The position numbers were made by a program, and so were the translations under genes. From an uncultured Candidatus Actinomarina sp. (GTDB taxonomy: Bacteria > Actinomycetota > Acidimicrobiia > Actinomarinales > Actinomarinaceae), in contig CACHBU010000004.1 of NCBI GenBank assembly GCA_902578135.1, positions 8,120 to 72,119 of the forward strand: 64,000 bases of DNA, in the 5' to 3' direction. Numbering within the stretch: position 1 is the first letter of the stretch; each line of letters starts with the position of its first letter. Shown one piece after another: positions 20,174 through 28,689 of the stretch. The notes beneath the pieces were generated by a model. That model was not told the DNA's origin. It did no database searches and worked only from the letters and a program-made list of their open reading frames with translations.

Positions 20174-20929
20174 TTATTCATCTAATGTATTTTTATAATT
20201 TGGTTGTCTCTTTTCAAAAAAGGCATTCATACCTTCAATTACATCTGAATGCTGAAACCTACTATTTTGATTAATTGTTTCGTTAGCTATCGATTTTTCA
20301 AATGTTAAATCTAGACCGTCTTTAATTTGTTGTTTAACCATACATATAGATATGAAACTTTGTTTATTTAGATTTTCAATTAAATTTTTAAATTCTGTAT
20401 CCATGTTTTCAGCATTTGTTAGCTTGTAAAGGACACCTAATCTATCTAATTCCTCCCCATTGATTTCATTGGATGTCATCATTAATTCTTTAGCCTTTTG
20501 AATACCTATTATTCTTGGCAATACCCATGATCCCCCGAAATCAACAACCAATCCCCTTCTGACAAAAACTTCAATAAACCTTGTCTGTGGGGTAGCAATA
20601 ATAAAATCGCTAATAAGCATCATATTTGCTCCAGCACCTGCAGCGATTCCATCAACTAGAGAAATTATTGGTTTTTTGCAATTCCACAATTTTATAGCTG
20701 CTTTAGAGACATCATCCATAAGTGCATTTACTGTCTCTCCTAATTGAGCGCCAGCAGAATAATTTCCATTGATGTGTTTAATTACCAGATACTTTTGGTC
20801 ACTATTTTCAAAAGAATCTATTTCTTCTTGCAATTTAATCCAGTCATCAGCACCGATTGCATTCATTGCATTTTCATCATTAAATTGCAAAAATTTAATC
20901 TCATTTACAATATTCGATTCAAGTGTCAT
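20174..20929 (-). CDS. enoyl-CoA hydratase/isomerase (crotonase) family protein
   Basis: 251 aa with a crotonase oxyanion-hole region (VDGIAAGAGANMMLISDFIIA). Confidence 0.85.
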   Translation of the reverse strand: MTLESNIVNEIKFLQFNDENAMNAIGADDWIKLQEEIDSFENSDQKYLVIKHINGNYSAGAQLGETVNALMDDVSKAAIKLWNCKKPIISLVDGIAAGAGANMMLISDFIIATPQTRFIEVFVRRGLVVDFGGSWVLPRIIGIQKAKELMMTSNEINGEELDRLGVLYKLTNAENMDTEFKNLIENLNKQSFISICMVKQQIKDGLDLTFEKSIANETINQNSRFQHSDVIEGMNAFFEKRQPNYKNTLDE

Positions 20930-20967
20930 ATCTAGAAGTTTAATACAAATCTATTTAGAATGTATGT

Positions 20968-21075
20968 ATGGGATTTGATCCGAATAAACCTTACAAAGCA
21001 AATAAGACAGACTATCTGAATATAGTTGCAGCTCTTTTTCTAACAATTATTGTTGTTATTTGGGCATTAAATTAA
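20968..21075 (+). CDS. candidate 35-aa single-pass membrane micro-protein
   Basis: ATG-initiated ORF MGFDPNKPYKANKTDYLNIVAALFLTIIVVIWALN, with a polar N-terminus and one clean TM helix. It fills an otherwise unexplained 126-nt spacer and overlaps the rnhB 3' end by 20 nt. Confidence 0.35.
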   Translation: MGFDPNKPYKANKTDYLNIVAALFLTIIVVIWALN

Positions 21076-21643
21076 AAGATTTACGATGGACATCTGAAAG
21101 CCCATATTTTTCTATAGCTAATCTATGCTCTTTAGTTCCATAACCTTTATTTTTTTCAAATGCATATCTGTTATATTTATTTGATATTTCAATCATGAAA
21201 TTATCTCTAAGAACTTTTGCGATAATACTTGCTAGAGCAATTGGCCTACAATTATCTTCACCCCTAATGAGTGAAATAGCATTAAATTTGGAAATCTTAA
21301 AATGATCAACATATACAATATCTCCGTCTTGAAATATTGAAGAAATAGAATCTTCTAAAACTTTTTCATTTGCAAGCTTAATTCCATAAAGATCAATAAA
21401 TTCATTATCACGTTCTACATACGAATATTCAATTTCACTTTCATGAACTAATTCAAATATCTGATTTCTTTTTTTTGGTGATAACTTTTTTGAATCTTTA
21501 ACGTCAAGTAATAAATCTATATGATTGTAATTGATTCTTACGGAAGCTGCTCCAATTGGTCCAGCAAAAGAACCCCTTCCAACTTCATCACTTCCGATGA
21601 TGTATGTACTTGGATTGTTGTTCCAAATTTTATCTTCAATCAT
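21056..21643 (-). CDS. rnhB: ribonuclease HII
   Basis: 195 aa containing GSDEVGRGSFAGPI and DSKKLSPKKR. Confidence 0.93.
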   Translation of the reverse strand: MIEDKIWNNNPSTYIIGSDEVGRGSFAGPIGAASVRINYNHIDLLLDVKDSKKLSPKKRNQIFELVHESEIEYSYVERDNEFIDLYGIKLANEKVLEDSISSIFQDGDIVYVDHFKISKFNAISLIRGEDNCRPIALASIIAKVLRDNFMIEISNKYNRYAFEKNKGYGTKEHRLAIEKYGLSDVHRKSFNLMPK

Positions 21644-22151
21644 CTAATTTTTTAAAGTTTTCTAATGGATAAATCAAATGAGTAGCTTTGCCAATAATAT
21701 TTCTCATAGGAATAGTTCCAATATATCTTGAGTCTTGACTGTTTGGTCTATTGTCCCCCAATACAAAAATTTCGTTTTCAGGAATTAAAAATGTTTCTCT
21801 TTTGAAGTTCACTCCTTCATCAATATCGAATATTGTGAATCTTGAATTATTTACGAACACTTCCCCATTTTCTAAGATTTCAACTGTATCGCCTCCTACT
21901 CCAACCACTCTTTTAATAATCGCAGTATTTTTTTGAGAATCTAGATCCCTTATTTTCCAGATTTGTAACCCATCTATATATTCTTGAAAGAAACTAATAG
22001 AATGTTCTGAGTCATTATTGTAAAAAACTACAATATCGCCGCTAGCGATATCTAATTGCATAATTGTATCTTTAACTACAAGGACTCGATCATCTATTTT
22101 TAATGTAGGTTCCATTGATGTTGACGGAATATAATATATCTGAATTAACAA
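21636..22151 (-). CDS. lepB: signal peptidase I (coding region probably extends upstream to 22226, see findings)
   Basis: Catalytic Ser box IPSTSMEPTL, Lys box IKRVVGVGGD, and GDNRPNSQDSRY. Confidence 0.9.
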   Translation of the reverse strand: MLIQIYYIPSTSMEPTLKIDDRVLVVKDTIMQLDIASGDIVVFYNNDSEHSISFFQEYIDGLQIWKIRDLDSQKNTAIIKRVVGVGGDTVEILENGEVFVNNSRFTIFDIDEGVNFKRETFLIPENEIFVLGDNRPNSQDSRYIGTIPMRNIIGKATHLIYPLENFKKLDD

Positions 22152-22240
22152 TGTTCTTACTAATGTAGCTACAAGAACAGCTAAAACGATTGTCGAAATT
22201 AATTTAAGTAGTTTTTTGATAATAATTTAATAATAATTAG

Positions 22241-22591
22241 TTAATTACGATCTTCTTTAATTTTTGCAGATTTACCTACTCGATCACGAAGATAATAAAG
22301 TTTTGAGCGTCTTACTTTACCTTTTCTAACTACTTCTAAGGAATCAACAATAGGTGCATGTACAGGAAATATTCTTTCTACACCAACACCAAATGATAAT
22401 TTTCGAACTGTAATAGTCTTGTTAATTCCAACACCGTTGACGGCTATAATAACTCCTTCAAATGTTTGAATTCTCTCTCTATTTCCTTCAGAGACTTTAA
22501 CATTAACCTTTACAGTGTCCCCAGATTTGAATTCTGGTAAATCTTCTTTTAAATAATCTTTTTCAATGTTTTCGATTAGATCCATAATCAC
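22241..22591 (-). CDS. rplS: 50S ribosomal protein L19
   Basis: 116 aa containing [30 protein letters not shown]. Confidence 0.97.
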   Translation of the reverse strand: MIMDLIENIEKDYLKEDLPEFKSGDTVKVNVKVSEGNRERIQTFEGVIIAVNGVGINKTITVRKLSFGVGVERIFPVHAPIVDSLEVVRKGKVRRSKLYYLRDRVGKSAKIKEDRN

Positions 22592-22622
22592 TCCAAAAAT
22601 GAATTATATAAGTAAATAGACT

Positions 22623-23258
22623 TTATATGTCCTTTAAATTATTCTTTTTCCACTCTTCGATATCTTTATGGTTACCAGAAAGCAAAACTTCAGGTACAGA
22701 CAGATTTTTAAATGTTTCCGGCCTTGTATAGACAGGAAAATCATATTTATTGTCATTAAATGTTTCATACTTTAATGAATCTGGATTTCCTAATACTCCT
22801 GGAATCCTTCTTATTAAAGCTTCGAGCATATACATCGCTGGAACTTCACCTCCAGAAATGACCGTGTGTCCAATTGAAACTTTATAATCTGCATGAATGT
22901 CCAAGATTCTTTGATCAAAACCTTCATATCTTCCTGCAATTAGATTTATGGACTTAAATGATAATAATTTAATTAATAGAGTTTCATCCAACTGCTCTCC
23001 TGATGGTGTTAGAAAAACATTAACCTCTGAATTTGAAGAGTTAATCGCATTATCTAATGGCTCAGGCATTAATACCATTCCAGGTCCCCCACCATATGGA
23101 GCATCATCTACTTGTTTATATTCTCCAATTCCAAATTCCCTTAAGTTTGTAGTTTGAATATTTACCAACTGATTTTTAATAGCTTGTCTCACAATGCCTA
23201 TATTTTTCCACTCCTCAATTAAATTAGGAAAGAGTGTAATGACATTATATGTATTCAT
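22623..23258 (-). CDS. trmD: tRNA (guanine37-N1)-methyltransferase
   Basis: 211 aa containing DDAPYGGGPGMVLMPEP and GRYEGFDQR. Confidence 0.95.
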   Translation of the reverse strand: MNTYNVITLFPNLIEEWKNIGIVRQAIKNQLVNIQTTNLREFGIGEYKQVDDAPYGGGPGMVLMPEPLDNAINSSNSEVNVFLTPSGEQLDETLLIKLLSFKSINLIAGRYEGFDQRILDIHADYKVSIGHTVISGGEVPAMYMLEALIRRIPGVLGNPDSLKYETFNDNKYDFPVYTRPETFKNLSVPEVLLSGNHKDIEEWKKNNLKDI

Positions 23259-25090
23259 GAATATGGGATTAAAGTTTTAGGATTTTTAAATTCTGTGTAA
23301 AGAGTATTTCTTAATATAGGTGTTTTGTTGCAATTTTCAATTATATCTATAAATTGCTGATCTGTAGTTTCTTGACCATGGTCGGCTCCGGAAGCTCTAC
23401 TAATATTTTCATTAATTAATGTACCTCCTAAATCATTGACACCTGCATCTAATAATTTACCAGCTCCATCATGTCCAAGCTTGACCCAACTTGCCTGTAT
23501 ATTATTTATTACATTTGAAAAATATATTCGAGCAAGTGAATGAATTAAGACAACTTCATCCCACGTAGGACCTGGCATGCTTTTTCCTTGCAGATAAATT
23601 GGAGATCCCATATGTACAAAAGGCAGGGGTACAACTTCTGTAAAACCTCCAGTTTTTAATTGGATATTCTTTATAAGCGAGAAATGATTTACCCATGACT
23701 CTACATCATCAATATGTCCAAACATAATTGTTGCTGTAGACTTCATTCCTAAACCGTGAGCTACTTCCATCACATATGCCCATTGAGATGACGTTATCTT
23801 ATCTGGACACAAATATTTTCGGATTCTATCATCTAATATTTCAGCTGCAGTTCCTGGTAATGTATTCAGACCAGCATCAAAAAGAAGTTTTAAATAATCT
23901 TCAATACTCAAATTTATTGTCTCAGCACCTTGCCATATTTCTAAAGGTGTAAAACCATGAATGTGCATTTCTGGTATTGATTGTTTTATTTCCCTTACCA
24001 TATTTAAATAAAATTCACCTGTGTAATCAGGATGTATTCCTCCCTGTAAACATACTTCGGAAGCTCCCATTTCAAAAGCCTCAACGGTTCTATCTACTAC
24101 CTCTTTTATATCAATAGAATATGGTTTTTCTTTAAGATTTAAACTTTTTGGACCTTTTGAGAATCCACAGAAACCACATTTGTAATAGCATTGATTTGTA
24201 TAGTTAATATTTCTATTTTTAACAAAAGTTACTTTGTTGCCATTTTTTAGGAAATTTAATTGATTTGCAACATCAGCGATATCATTTATTTTTTCACCAG
24301 CAGTATTAAATAAAAGATTTAATTCATCATCATTAATTTGATAACCATTTAATACATTATTTAGAATCTCATCTATGCCGAAATGATTTATTTGGCTTTT
24401 ATTGTTATATACAAGATTGTTTAACTGAGGTATATCTTTTCCGCTACCAGGAAACCAATCGGTTTTCTCTCTTCTAAATCCTCTTACGTTTCTTGTGTTT
24501 AAATATCTAAAGAAACGCTCTTTAGTGAATTCTTTCCTTGCTTCATCAATTGAAAAAACCGGAGATAGTAACGTTCTCTCGTAAAAATTAAAACCTTGAA
24601 TACTTTGTAATTCATCAATTTGTGCTGAACTCCAATCTCTCAGCAACAAATCAGAAATTCCATTTTTAATGTAGCCAAGTGCTTCGTCAATAGTGTTTAC
24701 GTATGCTGTTGTTATAAATTTAGTTTTTGTGTTTATTCCTTTTAAAAAATTTATGTCTAAAGGATCTGATACCAATACAGTGTAGGGCTTCAATCTATCT
24801 ATAACTTCAAGTGAAATTTCTTTGTTATTTTTAAAATCATAAACAATTCTTTTGGGATTTATATCCTTAAAGTCTTCCCAATTATTATCCTTAATTATCC
24901 AACAATCAGAATCTACTGATACATCTTTAGACAAAGTTTGAAAATCTTTTTTATGTATTTCACTAATATCAAGATCTAATTCACTTTTAATTAAAAAAGC
25001 AGATGTGCCCTCTTTTCGTCTAGAATTTAGATAGATTTCATTATTGTTATCGCAGGGTCTTATTCTTAAAAAAGAAATATTTTCATTCAT
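23255..25090 (-). CDS. cofH: FO (7,8-didemethyl-8-hydroxy-5-deazariboflavin) synthase subunit CofH with an extra ~245-aa N-terminal domain
   Basis: Radical-SAM motif CYYKCGFCGF followed by a CofH-like core. The start is set to ATG 25090, which overlaps the cofG stop (ATGAATGA). Confidence 0.85.
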   Translation of the reverse strand: MNENISFLRIRPCDNNNEIYLNSRRKEGTSAFLIKSELDLDISEIHKKDFQTLSKDVSVDSDCWIIKDNNWEDFKDINPKRIVYDFKNNKEISLEVIDRLKPYTVLVSDPLDINFLKGINTKTKFITTAYVNTIDEALGYIKNGISDLLLRDWSSAQIDELQSIQGFNFYERTLLSPVFSIDEARKEFTKERFFRYLNTRNVRGFRREKTDWFPGSGKDIPQLNNLVYNNKSQINHFGIDEILNNVLNGYQINDDELNLLFNTAGEKINDIADVANQLNFLKNGNKVTFVKNRNINYTNQCYYKCGFCGFSKGPKSLNLKEKPYSIDIKEVVDRTVEAFEMGASEVCLQGGIHPDYTGEFYLNMVREIKQSIPEMHIHGFTPLEIWQGAETINLSIEDYLKLLFDAGLNTLPGTAAEILDDRIRKYLCPDKITSSQWAYVMEVAHGLGMKSTATIMFGHIDDVESWVNHFSLIKNIQLKTGGFTEVVPLPFVHMGSPIYLQGKSMPGPTWDEVVLIHSLARIYFSNVINNIQASWVKLGHDGAGKLLDAGVNDLGGTLINENISRASGADHGQETTDQQFIDIIENCNKTPILRNTLYTEFKNPKTLIPYS

Positions 25091-26201
25091 GTGAGTCTTT
25101 TGGGTAACCATCTGTATCAATAATATTATTAACTTTTTCAAAAATTTCGTCATTTAACCATTCTTTTTTTATAAATTCTGGATATATTGGGAGTCTTTTT
25201 TTAAGCACCTGACAAGTTAATGAAGTATCTTTTTTTAATTTATCAATATTTGGCCAAAGATGATCTGGGTTTACCCAATCTATAGTCAATGGTGAAATTC
25301 CACCAAGATCATTTATTCCACTTTTTAGAAACAAATTTATGTCTGGCGACAAATTAGGTGGAACTTGAATTGAAACATGAGAAGGAGAATATATTCTAGT
25401 GGTAGCAATTATTCTTAAAAATAAGTCATTTGTAATTTCAGAATTATTCTTCATAATAGTATTTTTTTTAGCTCTAAAGTTTTGAAGGATAATCTCCTGA
25501 ATAGCCATATTATTTTGAATTAATAAAATGATGTTTGTTATATCATCTACCACTTCATCTTTGGTAGAAGTAAGTCCTAAAAGAAGCCCTGTAGTTACTG
25601 GGTACTTTGCTTGTAGAGCATTTTCTAGAGATTCCATTCTAAGATCGATAAATTTTGTTTGAGTTTTGTAATGAGCTTGTCCCTTATCATATATATTTTT
25701 TGAAAATGTTTCAATCATTAAGCCGCCGGATGGTGAATATTTTTTTAACTCTTTTATTTCTTCAAAACTCATCAATCCGGGATTTGCATGTGGAAATAAT
25801 TTAAACGTATCATTTACTTTTTTCATTGAACTGATCAAGTAATCATGAGTTGAAGAAAATCCAAGTTGTTCGAGTTGAGTCAACGCAAAGTCCCATTTTA
25901 ATTCTGGCTTATCCCCTAATGTAAATAAAGCCTCATAACATCCTGCTTCATCACCTGCACCTGCAATACTTAAAACTTCTTCTTCGTTTAAATATGTTCC
26001 ACCTTCATTTGGTGATTTAACAAAAGTGCAATATCCACAACTATCTCTACACATTGTTGTAAGTGGTATGAATACTTTTGGGCTGTAAGTTATTGTATTT
26101 CCAAAATAATTTATTTTTCTATCGAATGCTTTAGAAAGCAAATCTTCAGTTGGTTCAGGTCCAAAAATTGAATCGTGAATATTTCTTCTTAATTCTCTCA
26201 T
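25083..26201 (-). CDS. cofG: FO synthase subunit CofG
   Basis: 372 aa with radical-SAM motif CRDSCGYCTF. Translationally coupled to cofH. Confidence 0.87.
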   Translation of the reverse strand: MRELRRNIHDSIFGPEPTEDLLSKAFDRKINYFGNTITYSPKVFIPLTTMCRDSCGYCTFVKSPNEGGTYLNEEEVLSIAGAGDEAGCYEALFTLGDKPELKWDFALTQLEQLGFSSTHDYLISSMKKVNDTFKLFPHANPGLMSFEEIKELKKYSPSGGLMIETFSKNIYDKGQAHYKTQTKFIDLRMESLENALQAKYPVTTGLLLGLTSTKDEVVDDITNIILLIQNNMAIQEIILQNFRAKKNTIMKNNSEITNDLFLRIIATTRIYSPSHVSIQVPPNLSPDINLFLKSGINDLGGISPLTIDWVNPDHLWPNIDKLKKDTSLTCQVLKKRLPIYPEFIKKEWLNDEIFEKVNNIIDTDGYPKDSHE

Positions 26202-26270
26202 ATTTAGTGTTTTTAAGGTATATTATTAGTTGATTGTAACAACAATTAATCAATAGTTTTGTGAGGGTTG

Positions 26271-27275
26271 ATGACAAATGTTTCACTTGTTGGTTTTGGA
26301 AGAATAGGTAGAGACCTATTCAGACAGACATTGGGAGACAAAGACATTAACATAGTCTCAATATCAGATACTGCTGATAAAAAAAACCTAATTTATTTGC
26401 TCAAATATGACTCTATATATGGAAAATTGAATGCTGAAATTCATGAGACAGAAACAGGCATTGTTGTAGATGACAAAGAAATCATATTTAACTCTTGGAA
26501 AGATGGAGATGAAGCTGATTGGGTGAAAATTGGAACAGATGTTGTAATACTTGCAACTGGTAAACCAAAAACAAAAAAAGAAGTTGATGTACATTTATCA
26601 AAAGGGTGTAAAAAAGTAATAGTTGCCTCTACACCAGATAATTTTAAAGATATCCAAATTTTTGTACCTGGTGCAAACGATGAAAATATTGATTTTAAAT
26701 CAAATGTGTTTTCTCTAGGATCAAATACTGCAAATGCTGTTGCACCAATACTAAAAGCATTAGATAAAGACGTTGGCGTAGAAAGAGCTTTTTTAACAAC
26801 TGTGCATGGATATTCGAACTCAAACAGATTAGCTGATGTAGCTGGTGAAGGATTCAGACTAAATAGGGCCGCTGGCGAAAATATAATACCTAGTATTACT
26901 AAATCATCAGAAGTAATTGTAAATGTACTTCCTTTTCTAAAAAATAAAATAGCATCCTCATCAATGACAGTTCCGATTCCTGATGGAAGTACAGTAGACC
27001 TAACAATAGATATTAGAAAAGAAACCACTATTGAAGAAATTAACAATCTGCTAAAAAACTATTCAGAAAATGAGTTAAAAAATATAATCGGAATTACATA
27101 TGACCCAATTGTTTCGTCTGATGTGGTCAGAAGCACATTTTCTGGACTGATAGATTGTCTTGCTACAATGGGTATTAATAATAAGAAAATAAAATTAATA
27201 ATTTGGTTTGATAACGGTTGGGGTTACGCTGCAAGAATAATAGACACTATTAAACGATTGGGACAGGAACTCTAA
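26271..27275 (+). CDS. GAPDH-like protein lacking the catalytic cysteine (probable pseudoenzyme)
   Basis: The NAD motif GFGRIGR is retained. The active-site block reads SLGSNTANAVAP where GAPDH has SNASCTTNCLAP. STGAAKAV is replaced by ITKSSEVI. Confidence 0.85.
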   Translation: MTNVSLVGFGRIGRDLFRQTLGDKDINIVSISDTADKKNLIYLLKYDSIYGKLNAEIHETETGIVVDDKEIIFNSWKDGDEADWVKIGTDVVILATGKPKTKKEVDVHLSKGCKKVIVASTPDNFKDIQIFVPGANDENIDFKSNVFSLGSNTANAVAPILKALDKDVGVERAFLTTVHGYSNSNRLADVAGEGFRLNRAAGENIIPSITKSSEVIVNVLPFLKNKIASSSMTVPIPDGSTVDLTIDIRKETTIEEINNLLKNYSENELKNIIGITYDPIVSSDVVRSTFSGLIDCLATMGINNKKIKLIIWFDNGWGYAARIIDTIKRLGQEL

Positions 27276-28280
27276 ATGGGTAACGTAGCTATAAATGGTT
27301 TTGGAAGAATTGGTAGATCAATTCTAAGGATTATTGTAGAAAATGATTCTGATATAAATGTTGTGGCAATCAATGATTTAGGGAACTATGAAAATCTTGC
27401 ATATCTGCTTAAACATGACTCAGTAATGGGAATATTAGATAGAAATGTCAGCGTTGCTGGGGATAAATTAATTGTAGATGATAGGACTATACAATTAACT
27501 TCAATTAAAGACCCTGCGGAGCTTCCTTGGAAAGAAATGGATGTTGATGTTGTTGTTGAATCAACTGGAATATTTAGAGATAGTGAATCATTAAATAAGC
27601 ATCTTGATGCTGGAGCTAAAAAAGTATTACTAACTGTACCTCCAAAAGACGATATAGATGCGACAATAGTCCTCGGAGTCAATGATGGTGATCTTAAGCC
27701 TGAAGATAAAATAGTTTCAAATGCATCTTGCACTACAAACTGTTTAGCTCCTATAGCAAAAGTTTTAGATGATAACTTTGGAATTATATCCGGATTGATG
27801 ACAACTGTACATGCATATACTAATGATCAGGCATTAGCTGAAACTACCCATAGTGACTTTAGACGAGGACGTAGTGCAACTCAAAATATTATCCCTACAT
27901 CAACAGGTGCAGCAAAAGCTGTTGGTATGGTTCTTCCAGAACTTATTGGTAAATTAGATGGAATGGCTATGAGAGTACCAGTTCCTGATGGAAGCGTAGT
28001 TGATCTTGTCGTTGAATTAGAAAAAAAAGTCTCTATAGATGATATCAATAGGGCAGTTAAGAATGCTGCAGATAATGAGTTAAATGGAATATTAGAGTAT
28101 TCAGAAGTTCCTCTTGTATCTACTGATATTTTGAACAATCCGCATTCAAGTATATACGATGCTTCGTCTACTCAGTTACTAGAAGGAAATCATGTAAAAG
28201 TAGTTTGCTGGTACGACAATGAGTGGGGATATTCAAATAGAGTTGTAGATTTAATTGGAAACTTACTAGATAATGGATAA
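27276..28280 (+). CDS. gap: glyceraldehyde-3-phosphate dehydrogenase (canonical)
   Basis: 334 aa with GFGRIGR, SNASCTTNCLAP, STGAAKAV and WYDNEWGYS all present. Confidence 0.96.
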   Translation: MGNVAINGFGRIGRSILRIIVENDSDINVVAINDLGNYENLAYLLKHDSVMGILDRNVSVAGDKLIVDDRTIQLTSIKDPAELPWKEMDVDVVVESTGIFRDSESLNKHLDAGAKKVLLTVPPKDDIDATIVLGVNDGDLKPEDKIVSNASCTTNCLAPIAKVLDDNFGIISGLMTTVHAYTNDQALAETTHSDFRRGRSATQNIIPTSTGAAKAVGMVLPELIGKLDGMAMRVPVPDGSVVDLVVELEKKVSIDDINRAVKNAADNELNGILEYSEVPLVSTDILNNPHSSIYDASSTQLLEGNHVKVVCWYDNEWGYSNRVVDLIGNLLDNG

Positions 28281-28689
28281 AGAATTACCAGTTGCACCAT
28301 CGGCTATTGGAAATTATGTAACATATAAAAAAGTTGGAAATTACATATATACATCTGGCCACGTTCCATTTACTGAAAAGAAAAAATATCAAGGAAAGAT
28401 ACCTTCTGAGGTATCAATAGAAGATGGTTATGAGGCTGCTTCCCTATGTGCTGAATTAACTATATCTACACTTTTAGCAAATGGTGAAATTGAAAATCTA
28501 CAGCCTGTAAATGTATTGGGATTCGTAAATGCTGATAATGATTTTCAAGATCACGCAAAAGTATTGAATGGTTTTACGGATAAGCTTGCAGAATATTTTG
28601 ACGAAAAGTCAACACGGTCTGCTGTTGGAGTTGCCAGCTTACCACTGAATGTGTCAGTGGAAGTTCAATGTATTTTTGTATATGAATAA
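28273..28689 (+). CDS. RidA/YjgF/UK114-family protein
   Basis: 138 aa with a YjgF-like pattern (IYTSGHVPF ... RSAVGVASLPLNVSVEV). Confidence 0.75.
   Translation: MDKELPVAPSAIGNYVTYKKVGNYIYTSGHVPFTEKKKYQGKIPSEVSIEDGYEAASLCAELTISTLLANGEIENLQPVNVLGFVNADNDFQDHAKVLNGFTDKLAEYFDEKSTRSAVGVASLPLNVSVEVQCIFVYE

Noticed and set aside
25083-25153. 71-nt overlap between the cofG and cofH ORFs in the ORF track
   Set aside because: This is an artefact of taking the longest ORF. An internal ATG at 25090 gives the common 8-nt ATGAATGA coupling with the cofG stop.
26231-26254. TTGATT-N12-AATCAA inverted repeat in the cofG/gap divergent spacer as an operator
   Set aside because: It has only 6-bp AT-rich arms, which are expected by chance in this composition. 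A competing ATTGT/ACAAT register makes it ambiguous.
26268-28280. Tandem gap genes as an assembly duplication artefact
   Set aside because: The two copies are highly diverged at both protein and DNA level, with different active-site residues throughout, so they are true paralogues and not a collapsed or expanded repeat.
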